Of a stretch of 64,000 nucleotides of DNA, positions 62,506 to 64,000 are shown in pieces. The stretch is taken from NCBI RefSeq assembly GCF_963853765.1, contig NC_088861.1:47058001-47122000 (forward strand), in the 5' to 3' direction. The notes under the pieces are model-generated. The model did not search any database. It was not told the DNA's origin and was given only the letters and a program-made list of their open reading frames with translations. The first letter of the stretch is position 1; every line of letters starts with the position of its first letter. The stretch comes from Magallana gigas (taxonomy: Eukaryota). A program made the translations under genes and the position numbers.

Positions 62506-63999
62506 TTAATTTTTCATTTTTAGAAGAAAAAGTGACATTGACTCAAAAAGCTTGTCATAATAGGCCCTATCAGAGAAATTCTGCCATACTTCTTTAACTA
62601 CATCATAAGATGGAGGATCCTCCATGGACAGGTGAAAAGGAAATGCTTGAATGACATCAAAACTGATTCTCTGATGCACGAATTCCTCCATCATGGTGCC
62701 TGGTATGGCTAAATAGCTGCAGCAGGTTTTTTGGGATTTCACGGCAGCGACCAGATCCTCTATTGGGGATCCCTGTAGGTCCACAAGTTGTTCTACAGAG
62801 GTGTGACTGAGCAGTAGAGATCGGGGAGGCATGTAGGTGTGGAAAAAGAAAAAGGTGTCCTCGTTTGTGAAAAGAGGACTAGGATTATTTAAATTTTTCT
62901 CAATGTATGACAAAAGGGGGATAACTCCTCCCTGGTGAAGAAATCCATAGAACAACAAACCAATTAGGTTGAATACACACCAAAGAAATAAGAACACGTT
63001 CCTGTGTCCGATTCTATTTATGGAAGAAACATAGAGAATTACCCCCAGGGGCAGGAGCGAGAGGAGAAACCGGGGCTCCTGGTGGGGAAACAGGGACAGA
63101 ATCAGAATGGGAGGGGTGAGGAAACACAGGGGGGTAGAGTTATACGAAGTTGACCGCCGCATACAGAACCTGTAGAGTTCAACAAGGATCAACACAACCG
63201 CGGGCCCCAGTAAGAGAGGGATGTTGATCAGTAAGTGTGTGTAATAGGGATGGTGGCCATGTGCAGATAAATTGTCAGGGTCCGAGTTGTACTTGAGGAA
63301 ATTCCAGGGAGTCACAATAAACATGGAGAAATATTCCTCCCAGCACTTGGCCACATTACCAGATGTTATGACGCATTGTCTGAACCTGCTCAATATATCC
63401 ACGACGGTCATGTCAGAGTAGTAGGCAGTGTCCACAAGGACCATCAATATAGATGGAACCAAGGCACCAAAACTCATGAGAAACAGGTAAGATACTGCGC
63501 CATCTCCACTCATCAAGGCAGTGCCAACAAGCCAGAGGATTGGGCCGACACTAAATGCTGCAAATGTCGGCCGAATGAACATGCCAATGGACATTACAAC
63601 TCCAATAAGAAAGACAGCCTTTCCATTAGAGTCTGAATTTGATTTCTCCTCTGTTGGGTTAGATGAGTGTTTCTTTCGGAACTCATCCAGGGTTTTCCTT
63701 TGATATCCATCATTTGGTAATACTTTGAACTCCTTGGACTTTTTCTCTGCTCTATCTGATTGATAGTGATGTATGTTTCTTACAACCTTAGCTACTAACA
63801 CTAACAATACACAAAATGTCACAGTTTCCAGAGTGTTAGAAAAAGGCCTGGTTAGATATGTCAACATGACGTACGATGAAGCAAGTATAGGCAGTGCTAA
63901 GGTACTGTCAATGGCAAACGCGTCACAAACATACAATACGGCGACATCCACAGCCAGACTTAAAATACAGGTGCTCAGTCGTGGTAGAACGACCGCCCA
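62506..63999 (-). CDS. PIGZ: GPI mannosyltransferase 4 (PIGZ/SMP3), 5' end outside the window
   Basis: ORF open to the window edge (WAVVLPRLSTCILSLAVD...). Motifs YLTRPFSNTLE, RPTFAAF, NFLKYNSDPDNLSAHGHHP, LSLFPHQEPRFL and YGFLHQGGVIP fit the Alg9/PIG-B/PIG-Z family and PIGZ in particular. Confidence 0.88.
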   Translation of the reverse strand, partial: WAVVLPRLSTCILSLAVDVAVLYVCDAFAIDSTLALPILASSYVMLTYLTRPFSNTLETVTFCVLLVLVAKVVRNIHHYQSDRAEKKSKEFKVLPNDGYQRKTLDEFRKKHSSNPTEEKSNSDSNGKAVFLIGVVMSIGMFIRPTFAAFSVGPILWLVGTALMSGDGAVSYLFLMSFGALVPSILMVLVDTAYYSDMTVVDILSRFRQCVITSGNVAKCWEEYFSMFIVTPWNFLKYNSDPDNLSAHGHHPYYTHLLINIPLLLGPAVVLILVELYRFCMRRSTSYNSTPLCFLTPPILILSLFPHQEPRFLLSLLPLGVILYVSSINRIGHRNVFLFLWCVFNLIGLLFYGFLHQGGVIPLLSYIEKNLNNPSPLFTNEDTFFFFHTYMPPRSLLLSHTSVEQLVDLQGSPIEDLVAAVKSQKTCCSYLAIPGTMMEEFVHQRISFDVIQAFPFHLSMEDPPSYDVVKEVWQNFSDRAYYDKLFESMSLFLLKMKN

Positions 64000-64000
64000 A

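Overview
Eukaryotic, AT-rich, intron-containing DNA, most likely from an oyster (Crassostrea/Magallana). The species call is inferred from Cg170-like satellite arrays inside Helentron-type elements and from an oyster-style B-box/NHL TRIM-like gene. There is one assembly gap (4160-4290). Five protein-coding genes can be read by hand: a RING-less B-box/coiled-coil/NHL TRIM-like gene (+, 5721-7394); DDX18/HAS1 (-, 14 exons, 9121-20749); an uncharacterised two-exon His-rich membrane protein (-, 23650-25575); an RPGR orthologue with RCC1 repeats and a C-terminal CTIL CaaX box (-, about 21 exons, 39877-60073); and PIGZ (-, 62506 to the window edge). A box C/D RNA with 11 nt of complementarity to the U4 snRNA 5' end lies in a DDX18 intron. 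The rest is a mosaic of non-autonomous elements: HINEs, EnSpm-like, TTAA/Kolobok-like (some with a tRNA-like cassette), TcMar and hAT MITEs, Crypton-like hairpins, and a Gypsy LTR remnant. The most unusual pattern is a series of minisatellites that start exactly at coding boundaries. Four consecutive RPGR exons are followed by tandem arrays of their own ACAG|GTA donor junction, one of them in frame. Exon coordinates were read manually and have not been checked against transcripts.
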